64,000 bases of DNA from Ostreococcus lucimarinus. Its lineage: Eukaryota. The stretch lies in the NCBI GenBank assembly GCA_000092065.1, contig CP000581.1; one strand, written 5' to 3'. The position numbers and the translations under genes were made by a program. Below the pieces are notes generated by a model. The model had not been told where the DNA came from. It saw only the letters and a program-made list of their open reading frames with translations, and ran no database searches. Below, in pieces: positions 9,967 through 21,100 of the stretch. Each line of letters opens with the position of its first letter. Position 1 is the first letter of the stretch.

Positions 9967-12900
9967 ATGGGCGGGACGGCGCTCGGGATGTTTAGGGTGG
10001 ATAATCGCGCGCGCGTCGCGGTTTTTCGAATCATGCACTCGCAAGCGATGGAATATGTTGTTTTCGTGGTGATATTGGCGCACTTCGTCACGCTCGTGCT
10101 GCTGGCGACGAGCGGGGAGTCGACGCGGGCGATATCGAGCTTGAGCGAGTTGGCGAAGTCGCCGCTTCGCGCGATCGACGCGGCAATCTTGTGCGTGTAC
10201 TCGATCGAGGCCGCGGCGCGGATTTTCAGTCTTGGATTTATAGGGCACAAGCACGCGTACATGTCGAGCGTGTACAACCAGGTCGATCTCGCCATCATCG
10301 CCGTGAGTTGGCTTTCGATGACGATGCAGTGGCACGGGAGCGATTCGCTGTTCACGCGCGTGCGCGTCGGACAATTGCGATTCTTTCGCGGGGTGCACGC
10401 GCTCAAACGGTTCAAGCTCGCGACTTCCGTGGTTTTCATCGCGGAATCGCTTCAGAAGTCCATCGTGCTTTTACGCGATGTCGCCGCCATTACTGTGATT
10501 TGCGCCGTGTTTTACGCGCTCATGGGTATGGGTATCTTCGGCGGTTCGCTTCGACGGCGATGCGTGGAGACGACTTCGGCGGAGACCGCGCGCATGTTTT
10601 ACACTGCGGTGAGCGATCCACCGTTATTTTGCGGGGACGTCGGCAATTTACCGAATCATAAAGGCTACGTGTGCCCGGGGGTGTACGATTCCAACTCTTC
10701 GTTATTTTGCAGCGATTTGGTCGGCAATCCACAGCACGGTTATCAATCGTTCGATAGCTTCGGGTCAACGCTGCTCGTGATGTTTCAAACAATCACGATT
10801 GAGGCGTGGCAGGATGTGATGTACCCAATCGTCAACGCCGAGTATAAAGCGTCGGCGGCGTACTTTGTGACACTCATCATCGTGGGGACGTACTTCATCG
10901 TCTCTGTCTTCGTCGCCGCAGTGAGCGGAGTGTTCCTCCGGCTCCGACGCGAGCACCAGATGATGCTGCGAAGTAAATCAAGAAACGGGGCATCGTCCGA
11001 TGATGAGCTCGAAAGCGAGCTCGCGATTCGAAAACTTATTCGAAGGTTAAACGGCGGCACGGGCGAAACGTTAGCCTCGATCGCGGAAGCGGCGTTGACG
11101 AGAAAGCGAATGCTGGAAGAAGGAGACAACGATCAAACTCGAGCAATACCGAGCGGTGTTGCGCGGCCAAAACGCGATCGGTTATCAGAGCGCATTAATC
11201 ATCCGTATTTTGACAAGATGGTGAGAATTTTAATCGCTGCGAACATCGCCGTCATGGCACTGTATCGATTCGATTTGGACGACACAAAGAAAGAATATCT
11301 CGTCATCGCCGAAGGTTTTTTCGTGTCTGCGTTCATGCTTGAAGTGATATTACGGGGACTTGCGGCGAAGGACATCGGTCGACGTATCGTGACGTTCAAG
11401 CCGACGAATGAGGATTTGATGCTGGTTTTCGACACGGGCGTCGTCGCAATTAGTGCAACGGTGATGTGGGGCAAAGGCATGAATTTGACTTCGCTGCGCA
11501 TCCCGCGGCTATTCAAGACTTTCGGACCTGCAAAGTCGCAAACAGGCGTGGACACCATAAATCGTGTCTTCAAGTCGCTCGGCTCCCTTCTTTCCTTGTT
11601 TTTATTCTACGTCGCAATTCTCGCCATGTACGCCGTGCTCGGTATGCAACTATTCGCGAATCGTGATGCTGGTTTGGAAGACATGCCACGTCTGCACTAT
11701 AATACGTTTCCACAAGCCATGTTGGCGTTGTTTGTCGCCAGCACGGGTGAGGGTTGGACAGATTTGATGTTTCACGGCGTGCAGATCACAAATGCGGCGA
11801 TTCCGTTTTATATTTCGTTCTTCGTGCTCGTCAACTACATCGTTCTCAACCTCGTAATCGCCGTAGTTCTCGAGAACTTGGAGTTGCGAGACGTTGAAAA
11901 GACAATTGTCCAATCCGAGGAATTGGTGAAACGAACGGTGAAGATGGCGATGCGAGATCAAAAGTTTGTAGATTTCATGGAGCGCGCTCGCGTGAAATTC
12001 AAGTTAACGCTCAGCGGACGCCGTTGGACGGTCGAACGCGCACATCGACTTTCACCGTGGCTAGAGCTTCGTTCGGAGACGGAACGGCGTATATCTAAAG
12101 CTATTGAGCGAGAGATTGCGGTGTCGCTTGTGCAAAAGGCGACGTCAGATACAAAGGTTGGTGGCGAATTTGTACTGTGCGAGTCCAAGTTCGTCCAAGT
12201 CGCGCCAAACTCAGTGGGAGACGACATGGCGCCAGCCGGCGCGGATGCCGGCGGGCTGACCGTGTGCATGAAAGTTCGTGTAGACAACGATAGCGCGCAC
12301 GCCTTAGGAAATAGTACAACGGGGAAAGCGGCATCGCGACACAATCCCATCGCTAGAGGCGGCGACGACGACGGGCGCGTGGAGATTATCTTTGAAGACG
12401 CTGTCTCCAAAGCTACTGACTTCGCGGCGTGCCCAGCTCTACCGTGGTACATATCCGACGACGCATTGTGTATATTTCCTTCGTCGGGTAAATTACGAAC
12501 AACCTTACGCAGAGTGCTTCGATCGCGATGGTACGAGCGCATAAGTTTTTCTTTCGTCGTCGTATCCGTCCTCGCGGTTTTGGCGACCAAGCCTGTGGAT
12601 CAAATAAACGAGCTTCAAAAACATGTCGATACTGCAAACTACGCCGTTTGTGGATTCTTCTTGGTTGATTTCATCATGAATATCATCGCACACGGGCTCA
12701 TACTCACGCCGGCGCCGTTCGTCGGCAGGGTTTGGAATGTATTTGACATGGCCATCTTGATCATCGACGTGATGATTGTGGCCTGTCCCCTAATACTCGG
12801 TGACGCATACACGAGGTACTGGCGCCGCGCATTTAATATGGCGGCACCCATGCGACCGATTCGAATCATGACGCGGGTGACGTCGATGCAGCGACTCGTG

Positions 12901-14688
12901 AAAACGCTTGTGGTGACGCTTCCAACGATCAGTGGGATCATCATGCTCACGGGGGGGATGTTCCTGGCGTTCGCGATCGTCGCCATTCGCGAATACGGCG
13001 GGACCTTTTACAGCTGCAACGATTTAATGGTGATGACAAAGATCGAGTGCGTCGGTACATTTGTCTCTACTGGAGGCGACATCATCGCTCGCGAGTGGAA
13101 TAGAAATCTGTTCGAGTTTGATTGGATAGGCAGTGCCATGCTCACATTGCTCGAAACGGCGTCTTTGGACGGTTGGATCGAAGTCATGTTTGCAGCGATG
13201 GATAAAACTGGCGTAGGCATGCAACCTCGATTTGAACGCAACTGGCCCGCGGCATTCTTTTTCGTCGCGTTTATATTGATTGGCTCGTTTCTCATGATTC
13301 GTACGATCATCGGTGTTTTCATTCATCAGTTTGGTTTGATATCAGGTCGCAAGCTTCTCACTGAGAGGCAAAAATTGTGGCACGACATGCACAAGGTGGC
13401 GCTTTCGCTCAAACCGATGCGAATGAAATTTCTGCCACCTCGAGGTCTTCGTAGAGTGTGTTTTCACATAGTCAACCATCGAAGCTACCGAGCGTTCGTG
13501 TTGATCGGAGTCGGCTTGAACGCGGCTTTAATGGCGACTGAGCGCTACGGCGACGGCGAAAGCGTTTTGGCTCACGTTCGTTCGATTGGTGAAATTTGCT
13601 TCGTCGGTGTGTATTTGATAGAGGTGTTGTTGCAAGTCAGCGCGGCGTACCCGAGCGTGCGCCACTACTTCTCGAATAAGTGGAATGCTTTCGAGCTCAC
13701 GCTCGCGGTCGGTTCTGCGGTGACGTTACAAAGTAAAGCTGGATCGTTGCGCGATCAAATAGGTAGGCCGTTTAGGTTCCTGCGCGTCTTTCGCATCATT
13801 CGCCATGTTCAGTCTTTGCAGATCCTGGCGAGCACACTCTTACTGGCGATTCCGAGTATATTAAGTGTCATGGGTTTGATGTTGATTTGGATGTTCATGT
13901 ACGCCGGCATCGGAACACAGATTTTCCCTAACGTAAAGTTTGGCGAAGCTTTGAACAAGGATGCGAATTTCCAAACGTTCACTAGTTCTTTCCTCTTGCT
14001 GTTTCAAGTCATCACGGGCGAAGGGTGGCGGCAATACATGTATGATCTCATGGTCACCACACCTGATTGCACGCACTCGGAGGCGTCGTCGGATTGTGGA
14101 TTTCCCGACGGTGCGGTGCTGTACTTTGTCACGTACGTCATCGCCATGGGCTACGTTTTCACCAACCTCTTCGTTGCGTCCATTTTAGACCACGTCACCT
14201 TTGGTGTCCTACGCGAGGCCGCCATCATTACCCCAAAACACCTTTACGACTTCCAACAGGTCTGGAGCAAGTACGACCCGCTGGCAACCGGTTTCATCGG
14301 TGCGCACAGACTCGGCGAGCTGTTACGAGATCTCAGCCCACCGCTCGCCGTCGAATTCCGCGGCGCGCTCCTTGAGAAATCACCCGTCTTTCGCGAGCAA
14401 GCGGAGCGTGCCGCGGCTTTATGGCGCCGCCGCATCATGTACGAATCTATATCGATTCACGTCCCTGGTCGCGGGATCCCCTTCACCCCTCTCCTAGAAT
14501 CCCTCCTCGCAACCAAGCTCGGCGCCGCCGCCCTATCGCTCGCCGAGCGACTCGCCCGTCAAAAACGTCTTCGCGACGTCGAAGCCTGGGGCGCCGCCGT
14601 CGTCGCCCAGTCCTACATTCGTGGTCACATCACTCGCAGACGCTTGCGAATCGAGCGTTCGAAGCGCATCGCCGCCTCGCGCGCGTGA
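9967..14688 (+). CDS. Four-domain voltage-gated cation channel (Cav/Nav superfamily, 24 TM). The pore-loop selectivity positions read E/E/D/E. C-terminal IQ-like motif.
   Basis: Four repeats, each with an S4 helix carrying Arg/Lys at every third position: RVRVGQLRFFRGVHALKRFK, LRIPRLFKTF, RPIRIMTRVTSMQRLVK, RPFRFLRVFRIIRHVQ. Pore loops are TIEAWQD, TGEGWTD, SLDGWIE and TGEGWRQ. C-terminal motif AAVVAQSYIRGHITRRRLRI. First ATG after the Arg-rich leader is at 9967; the track ORF begins at ATG 9820. Confidence 0.85.
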   Translation: MGGTALGMFRVDNRARVAVFRIMHSQAMEYVVFVVILAHFVTLVLLATSGESTRAISSLSELAKSPLRAIDAAILCVYSIEAAARIFSLGFIGHKHAYMSSVYNQVDLAIIAVSWLSMTMQWHGSDSLFTRVRVGQLRFFRGVHALKRFKLATSVVFIAESLQKSIVLLRDVAAITVICAVFYALMGMGIFGGSLRRRCVETTSAETARMFYTAVSDPPLFCGDVGNLPNHKGYVCPGVYDSNSSLFCSDLVGNPQHGYQSFDSFGSTLLVMFQTITIEAWQDVMYPIVNAEYKASAAYFVTLIIVGTYFIVSVFVAAVSGVFLRLRREHQMMLRSKSRNGASSDDELESELAIRKLIRRLNGGTGETLASIAEAALTRKRMLEEGDNDQTRAIPSGVARPKRDRLSERINHPYFDKMVRILIAANIAVMALYRFDLDDTKKEYLVIAEGFFVSAFMLEVILRGLAAKDIGRRIVTFKPTNEDLMLVFDTGVVAISATVMWGKGMNLTSLRIPRLFKTFGPAKSQTGVDTINRVFKSLGSLLSLFLFYVAILAMYAVLGMQLFANRDAGLEDMPRLHYNTFPQAMLALFVASTGEGWTDLMFHGVQITNAAIPFYISFFVLVNYIVLNLVIAVVLENLELRDVEKTIVQSEELVKRTVKMAMRDQKFVDFMERARVKFKLTLSGRRWTVERAHRLSPWLELRSETERRISKAIEREIAVSLVQKATSDTKVGGEFVLCESKFVQVAPNSVGDDMAPAGADAGGLTVCMKVRVDNDSAHALGNSTTGKAASRHNPIARGGDDDGRVEIIFEDAVSKATDFAACPALPWYISDDALCIFPSSGKLRTTLRRVLRSRWYERISFSFVVVSVLAVLATKPVDQINELQKHVDTANYAVCGFFLVDFIMNIIAHGLILTPAPFVGRVWNVFDMAILIIDVMIVACPLILGDAYTRYWRRAFNMAAPMRPIRIMTRVTSMQRLVKTLVVTLPTISGIIMLTGGMFLAFAIVAIREYGGTFYSCNDLMVMTKIECVGTFVSTGGDIIAREWNRNLFEFDWIGSAMLTLLETASLDGWIEVMFAAMDKTGVGMQPRFERNWPAAFFFVAFILIGSFLMIRTIIGVFIHQFGLISGRKLLTERQKLWHDMHKVALSLKPMRMKFLPPRGLRRVCFHIVNHRSYRAFVLIGVGLNAALMATERYGDGESVLAHVRSIGEICFVGVYLIEVLLQVSAAYPSVRHYFSNKWNAFELTLAVGSAVTLQSKAGSLRDQIGRPFRFLRVFRIIRHVQSLQILASTLLLAIPSILSVMGLMLIWMFMYAGIGTQIFPNVKFGEALNKDANFQTFTSSFLLLFQVITGEGWRQYMYDLMVTTPDCTHSEASSDCGFPDGAVLYFVTYVIAMGYVFTNLFVASILDHVTFGVLREAAIITPKHLYDFQQVWSKYDPLATGFIGAHRLGELLRDLSPPLAVEFRGALLEKSPVFREQAERAAALWRRRIMYESISIHVPGRGIPFTPLLESLLATKLGAAALSLAERLARQKRLRDVEAWGAAVVAQSYIRGHITRRRLRIERSKRIAASRA

Positions 14689-14958
14689 TGGTGCGTCGCT
14701 TGACTCGGCCGCTTCGTCGCCGTATGAAATTTAAACACAAACCAACAGCCACGCCTCGATTGACCGTCGCGCCAGTCACTCGCGCGCGTCACCGCGCGAG
14801 CACACGCGCGTCGGGCGAGCGCACACACGCGAGCGGCGCGATTTAGCCCGAGCGAACGACGCGAACACGCCGCAGTCAACGCGCACGGCGCGGCATTCGA
14901 TTTGATTTTATTCAAACGCGCGTCGTCGCATTCGGACGAAGATCGCAGTCGTGACGCG

Positions 14959-15030
14959 ATGGACGAGTTTGCGCAAGAGAACACGCGGGGTGCGAACGTC
15001 AAGCGCGATGCGGTAAAGCTGCTGGACGAG
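14959..15030 (+). CDS. Candidate 5' exon of the downstream coiled-coil gene (MDEFAQENTRGANVKRDAVKLLDE)
   Basis: The downstream ORF begins on TTG. An upstream ATG ORF ends in the donor-like site gag|GTGCGCG (15031) and an acceptor-like cgcag| sits at 15131-15133. Joining them keeps the reading frame and the heptad character. Confidence 0.3.
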
Positions 15031-15133
15031 GTGCGCGGGCCGTGGAAGCGATGCGAACGACGCGCGAGGTCACATTCGGTCGTCAGACGGTTGAGCTCGA
15101 GACTGACGGCGTCCCGGCGACACGCGAACGCAG

Positions 15134-18100
15134 GCGTTGAAGTCTTTGCGGGATAAAGCGGAAGAAAATCAAGTATTAGGAGATGCACTGGAGGCAACGC
15201 GGCGCGCGTTGGCGAAGTCGGAGCGTGAGGGTGCGAAATTGAAGGAAGGGTTGAACACGGTGCTCGCAGGGGGCGACAAAGACGACAAGATGACGCTCAT
15301 CGAGTCGCTGTTTGAGAAGCTTGATGGCATGGCGACGCGGTATTCGAGCGTGATCTCTACGCCAACGATTCAGATCCCGCAGTCTCCACAAGCGGGGGAT
15401 GTGGGCGAGATGTCGGCGCTTCGGAGAGAGCTGGACGATATGTCGAACGAGTTGCAGCGAGCGTCGGCGAGTTCGGGCGACTCGGATAAATTAAGAAAGC
15501 AACTAAAAGCGGCGCAAGACGCAAAAATTGCCGCACTGGCGGACGCTGAAGCCTTTCAAACCGAACGCGACGATGCCATAGCAGAGGTTGAAAGGTTGCG
15601 ACAGGCCTTGAAGACGACAAGCGCTGGCGGCGGAGGTGAACCGTTTCTCAACAACGAACGCATGCGTGAACTCGAAGGCTTGCTTGTGGAGGCGCAAAAT
15701 GCGATTGGTTTACTCTCTGATGACAATGAATCTCTTCTTGTGAAGCTACGACGTTACGAAGAAGCCGGCTCTGGGAGTGACGGGTCGGATTCGAAGCACG
15801 TCAGAGCGGCGCAGCAAGCTGCCAGAGACGCGGCAACGGCGGCGAACGAAGTCGCGCAAGAAGCCGAGCAAGCCATCTTGGCGGCGTATTCTCGCAATGG
15901 TTCCAACGCCGAGTTGCAACAAGAGCTGGATACGCAACGCGAACTCGCAGCACGAAGGGCCGATGAGGTTGAAAAGCTCAAATCGATAATTGGCGACATC
16001 GACGCTCAGCGAGAAGGCTTGTCTCAAAAGCTTCGAGTGGCGTACGCGAGTCTGCGTGAAGTAGAAAGCAAGAAGGATAGTAGCGGTCAGTTCGAAGGTT
16101 CCACGGCGGAAAAGATTATGGCACTAGAGAACGAGTGCATGCGCCTTCAGGATGAAGCCGACGCTGCGGCCGAGGCTTTGGAAGAGGCGAGAGAACGGGC
16201 CATGCGCGAAGGCGCCGCCGCGGAAGCAGCTCGTCGTCTCGGTGCGACAGCTGAAGCGAAGGTATACAGCGCCGTGCAAGCGCGGGACGCGGCGCTCGCA
16301 CGGGTACGCACGCTCGAGGAATCCATCCAACACGCCGTCGATAAAGAAAAGCACATCGCGATGGAGACGGCGCAATATCGCCAAGAGCTCGCCGTCGTGT
16401 CAGACGATTTGATGGCGATGACAAAAGAGCAACAGGTGGTCAATGCCGAGCTGTTGCGTGCGACGAGCGAGCGCGACAACGCGTGGTCAGAACTTCGAGA
16501 GGCGAAAGCAGCGCAGCAAGCGGCCGAAGCGAACGCGAAAGCAAAGCAGAAGGAAGTGGACGACGTTGTTAACGCCTACCAAGAACTTGGCGTCGAAAAT
16601 CGTCGAGTTGTCGCGGACATGGACGACATGGAACGCGATTTGCGCCGAGCAAAGGTTGCGCTTGACTCATCAGAAGCCACCTTAGCGCAGGCGACTGAAA
16701 GGGCGAAAGCGGCTGAAGCTGAAAATAAGGCGTATGCGAGTGACTTGCAAGCGTATCAGCGTCAAGTCGATAATCTGACGCATCTACTGGAAAACTCTGT
16801 GCGTGACAAGGGAGACGACACGGGTTCGTACGAAGCGCTGACGACAAAGCTCGAAGCGTCAAAGGCGATGTTATTCGATATGGAACGCGCGAGAGAGATG
16901 TCGCGACGCGAAACCGCCGCGGCGGAAGCAAACTTGCTCGTCACTCGAAGCCGGCTCACCGATGCACAAGGAGATAATGAGACTCTCAAGCACAAGTTAA
17001 GGTTGGAGACAAATCGTGTGCGAGAGCTCGAAAGTCTCGTTTCTGCACTTCGCACCCACGAACATCAAGCGGTTGTCGAAAGTGGTGACAGTTCTCAGCG
17101 CTCGGAGCTTTTGAGGGAGCGCGTGAGCGCACTGCAGGAGCAAAATCACGGATTATCACGTCAACTCGAGGCTCTCAAGCAGGATAAGAAATCGTTTGAA
17201 ACCGAGGTCGAGCGCCTTCGCAACTTGATTGAGGATGCGGCTGCAGGTGGATCGACTACGAGCCAGTCCGGTCGCACGGTGACGAGCGCTTTGGTTCACG
17301 CTGAAGCGCAAGCAAAAGAGAGAGAGCACGAAGTCGAGAGACTCACCGCATTATTGCAGCAAGCTCAAGAGAAATGCGCAACTCTTGAAAACAGCGTTCG
17401 GGAGGCTGAATCAACTGCGAACGATGCGAAGCGAGAAGCGCTCGCGATTGCTCGCCGCGAAGCTGAAGCGCGCGCCGAACTAGGTGGTTTGCGCAGCGAA
17501 CTCAGCATCGCAAAGGACGCGCTGCGAGACGCGATGGAAGATGGTTATTCGAACAACGATTCGCAGGTGTTGCAAATGCGCGTAACGGACGCTGAGCGCC
17601 GAGCGGCGGCGGCGGAATCGGCACTCTCGAGCATGGAGCGTGCGAATCCAGTGTCCGCAGCTTCCGCTGAAGAGGTGAAGGTACTTCGCGAGGAGAATCA
17701 ACGTTTACTCCATTTGTTGTCAAAGGCGAACGATGATCTGAACTCGGCGCGAAAGATCATTGACGAGCAAGGTTACGCCGACGGCGCGACTGCTTTGCTC
17801 GTAAACGAAAGGGTACAGGCGGCAGAAGAGGCGCGCCGACGAGTCGAGCAAGATTTCCAGCGACTTGTCGAGCAAATGCAGCAAATGGAATCCGGCGCTG
17901 GTGGCGAGCTTTTAGATAGGTTGCGAGAACTCGAAGAAGTGAACACCGAGCTCGAATATGAGAACGACGCGCTTCGAGAATCGCTAGCGGGGACTGAAGA
18001 AGCGATTGCGGTGATGCAACAAGACCTCGCGAGAACCGTGGACGAGTACGCCAAGCTCGGCTCGCTTGTGGAGACAATAAGCGACGATAGCGACGCGTAG
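15134..18100 (+). CDS. Long coiled-coil protein (about 990 aa), myosin-tail/SMC-like heptad repeats throughout
   Basis: Continuous ORF rich in E/K/R/A/L/Q with no globular domain. The first in-frame ATG inside the ORF is at 15290. It may instead begin in the 14959..15030 exon. Confidence 0.5.
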   Translation, partial: ALKSLRDKAEENQVLGDALEATRRALAKSEREGAKLKEGLNTVLAGGDKDDKMTLIESLFEKLDGMATRYSSVISTPTIQIPQSPQAGDVGEMSALRRELDDMSNELQRASASSGDSDKLRKQLKAAQDAKIAALADAEAFQTERDDAIAEVERLRQALKTTSAGGGGEPFLNNERMRELEGLLVEAQNAIGLLSDDNESLLVKLRRYEEAGSGSDGSDSKHVRAAQQAARDAATAANEVAQEAEQAILAAYSRNGSNAELQQELDTQRELAARRADEVEKLKSIIGDIDAQREGLSQKLRVAYASLREVESKKDSSGQFEGSTAEKIMALENECMRLQDEADAAAEALEEARERAMREGAAAEAARRLGATAEAKVYSAVQARDAALARVRTLEESIQHAVDKEKHIAMETAQYRQELAVVSDDLMAMTKEQQVVNAELLRATSERDNAWSELREAKAAQQAAEANAKAKQKEVDDVVNAYQELGVENRRVVADMDDMERDLRRAKVALDSSEATLAQATERAKAAEAENKAYASDLQAYQRQVDNLTHLLENSVRDKGDDTGSYEALTTKLEASKAMLFDMERAREMSRRETAAAEANLLVTRSRLTDAQGDNETLKHKLRLETNRVRELESLVSALRTHEHQAVVESGDSSQRSELLRERVSALQEQNHGLSRQLEALKQDKKSFETEVERLRNLIEDAAAGGSTTSQSGRTVTSALVHAEAQAKEREHEVERLTALLQQAQEKCATLENSVREAESTANDAKREALAIARREAEARAELGGLRSELSIAKDALRDAMEDGYSNNDSQVLQMRVTDAERRAAAAESALSSMERANPVSAASAEEVKVLREENQRLLHLLSKANDDLNSARKIIDEQGYADGATALLVNERVQAAEEARRRVEQDFQRLVEQMQQMESGAGGELLDRLRELEEVNTELEYENDALRESLAGTEEAIAVMQQDLARTVDEYAKLGSLVETISDDSDA

Positions 18101-18110
18101 GTGCTGTGTT

Positions 18111-21100
18111 TTATTTATATACTAGCTTTTCCCCATCGAGTTGCTCCAGACTTCTGCAGCACGTCGTCACGAACTCGACATATCTCTGATATTCGCTTGA
18201 AACTTTGTTACGCGCGAGGGACAAAATCCGTAGGCGCGTCAGATACGCCAACCAACTAATCTCCTCCAAGTCGTCCACTCGATTTTCGTCAAGATGTAAC
18301 TCGCGCACGTAGGCAAGCTTTGTTACGTGTTTCAGAGTTCGAAATGCGTTCTTACGCATGCATAAAACCCGCAAACTTTCACAGCCATCGAATGTGCTTG
18401 AGTCGATCCTACTTAATTTGTTTTTGTCAACCTTGAGTACTCGCAAAGACTTGAGCTGATTTATGCCGTCGAGCCTGGTGAGAAAGTTGTCGCTTAAAAG
18501 AAGCGTTTGAAGACTTGAGCACGAACCGAGCGCGAGCACGCTGAGCGATGATATGTAGTTCCCGCTCAAATCAAGATATTTGAGTTTGCTGAAAGAACTG
18601 GCGCGACCGAACTTGGCATTAACCCTATTGTTGCGCAATTCGAGCCGCGTGAGTCGTGGCAAACTAGCCAGCGCGGAAACATCGCTGAGATTATTGTTTT
18701 CCAAATTCATGCGTTTGATTCCTTGGAAGCGCGCGTTCACGACATTATGATCAAGATGAAACAATCCGAGTGCGACCAATGAGATTTCATCTCCTCCCGC
18801 GGCGTGTTCACCGGAAACAATCATGTCCTCCGTGAGACGACCAGAGTAAATTTTTGTCGCATCCGCTCGCGCTGCCTCGCTGATATAATCGGTATCCAAT
18901 ATGGACAATTGATTGAATTTGAATATCACGTAGTGCGGGTACGTTTTCAAATCACACATGACGTTCCCGTACAACGTGAGTAACCTGAGGTTGGGAAGTG
19001 CGGCGAGCGCGACGACGCTACTCGTTTCCGCCAACATGTTGTGCGACGCGTATATTTCGCGAATTGAGCGACACTGTTCAAGTCCACTGAGCGATTGGAG
19101 TTCGTTTCGCTCGACGTTGATGAAGAGTAACTTTATCAATGGCTTGAACCAGGATGGGGAAAGAATTTTGATCATGCAGTTGCGCACGTTGAGGAATTTC
19201 AATTCCTTCAGCAAACTCAAACCGTCCAAACGTATCATCGCATTTCCCTCCACGGATAAGTGCCTCAGGTGGCGGCAGGTGACGCCGAAACTTTTGATCG
19301 ATTTAAGGCAGTTATTCATGAGGTATGCGACGATGAGCGTGTTGAATTCTCCGCACAGTTCTACTTTCCTGAGAGATTCATCTTCCAAGCTGAATTCGAC
19401 GATTTCCGACGCGGACTGCGCGGCGTCACGGTACAGTTTACCACGACGTCTCACTGCGCGTGCGTTCAGTCTGCATCCAACGACGCGATAATGCGCTCGC
19501 ATACGAGATGTGACTTCGATGCCGTCCAAGTGTGTCAAGGTTGGCGAGCGTTTGACCAGAATTGGGGCGTAGAATTTACTCTTTGCCAACCACTTGCGAT
19601 TACCTCGAAGAATCAACGAGGTGACGTTTCGCGCACGCGTCGTCAAGACGTTCAAATCCTCCGAATTCCACAAGTGATTGTTCCCGAGATCCAACCATTT
19701 TAGACTGTTCATTTGAGGGAGACCTTGAAGCCGTTTGATTGCATTATCGCTCAGAATCAATGTTTGTAGGTTTACACACTCGCCGATTTCCTGTGGAATG
19801 CCGCGGAGCTCAGCGGAGTGCAGATTGATCTCAGTCATGTTCGATGCGATCACAATGTCGCTTATCCTTCGCGTCAAAATCCACGCGCTTTTACGTTTTT
19901 GAGGCGCACGTTTTTTACGAACACGTCCGAATTTACCGAAGATCTCGATGAAGACGTCGTCTACGCTCTGTGCAGCTGATTCGGCTTTCGCGAATGCGAA
20001 TCGTTCTTCGCGCGCCGTCTCTGCGACAATTTCCGCATCTTGAAAAACGCGCGCGATCAGCACGAGCGACGCCTCGCGTGCTCGACGCTCGATTTTCGTG
20101 AAAGAGATTTCGAAGTGACTTATGTCGGAAAGATCGCGCTCAACATCAAGCCATCTTCCTTCGGCTCTGGCGCGCAACAAATCGCGTTCGACGGAAGCCG
20201 TGAGTATACGCAAATGTTCCAGAGCGACATCACGCGCGTCATCAAACGATTTGCGAATCCTCGCGCATCGCATATGATACCATAACTCTCTTTCTGCGTG
20301 TTCATCGCTCGCTCTCGCTCGCTCGTCTTCCGATATATCGACTCCGTCCAGCACGCGCAAATTGGACACGGCTCGCAAGATGTACGAGCGATACCATCGC
20401 CCTCGACAAAAGTCACACGCGCCGTGTACGTCGTCCTTAAACGTGATCGAATGTATGAAACGAGTCACCCCAACGTACGCGAGCGACTTGATGGGATTAC
20501 CAGCGATGTTGAGGTGATTCAGCTCGCGCAACGCATCGGCGTCCGGAACGCTTTCGAGTCGGTTGCGCGCGACGTTCAGATCCCGCAGCGCCATCAACGT
20601 CTCGATCCCATCGAGCGACATTAAACGATTATCGTTCAACCAAAGCGTGTGCAGCCGCTCAAGCCGTCCATCCGCGAGCCCATCGAGCGAATCAATCGCG
20701 TTCCCGTACGCGTACAACGCCTCCAACCCGCGACACTCGCTCGCGCCTTCCAAAGACCTCAGGCCGCACTCCGCCACCGTCACGTTCCGCAGACTCTCGC
20801 ACGCCCCCAATCCGATCAACGACACCACATCACCGCACTTCACCACGCGCAGTGTCGTCAAGCGCGCGTACTTTTCCAAATCCAACTCGGTCAACGCGCC
20901 TCGCGCGACGTCCCCCATAAAGTACTCCAACGTCTCCGCGTCGTCACCGCGCCCGTTTCCCTCTCCCTCGTCCGCCTCGTCCCGGCGCTCTTCTTCGTCA
21001 TCGTTCGCTTCATCGCGTCGTCCCGCGCCGTCGTCGCCTCCACGCGTCGCCGCGGCGCGCATTAAAGTTGGGTCAACCGCGCGCCGCCGAATCAGAAATT

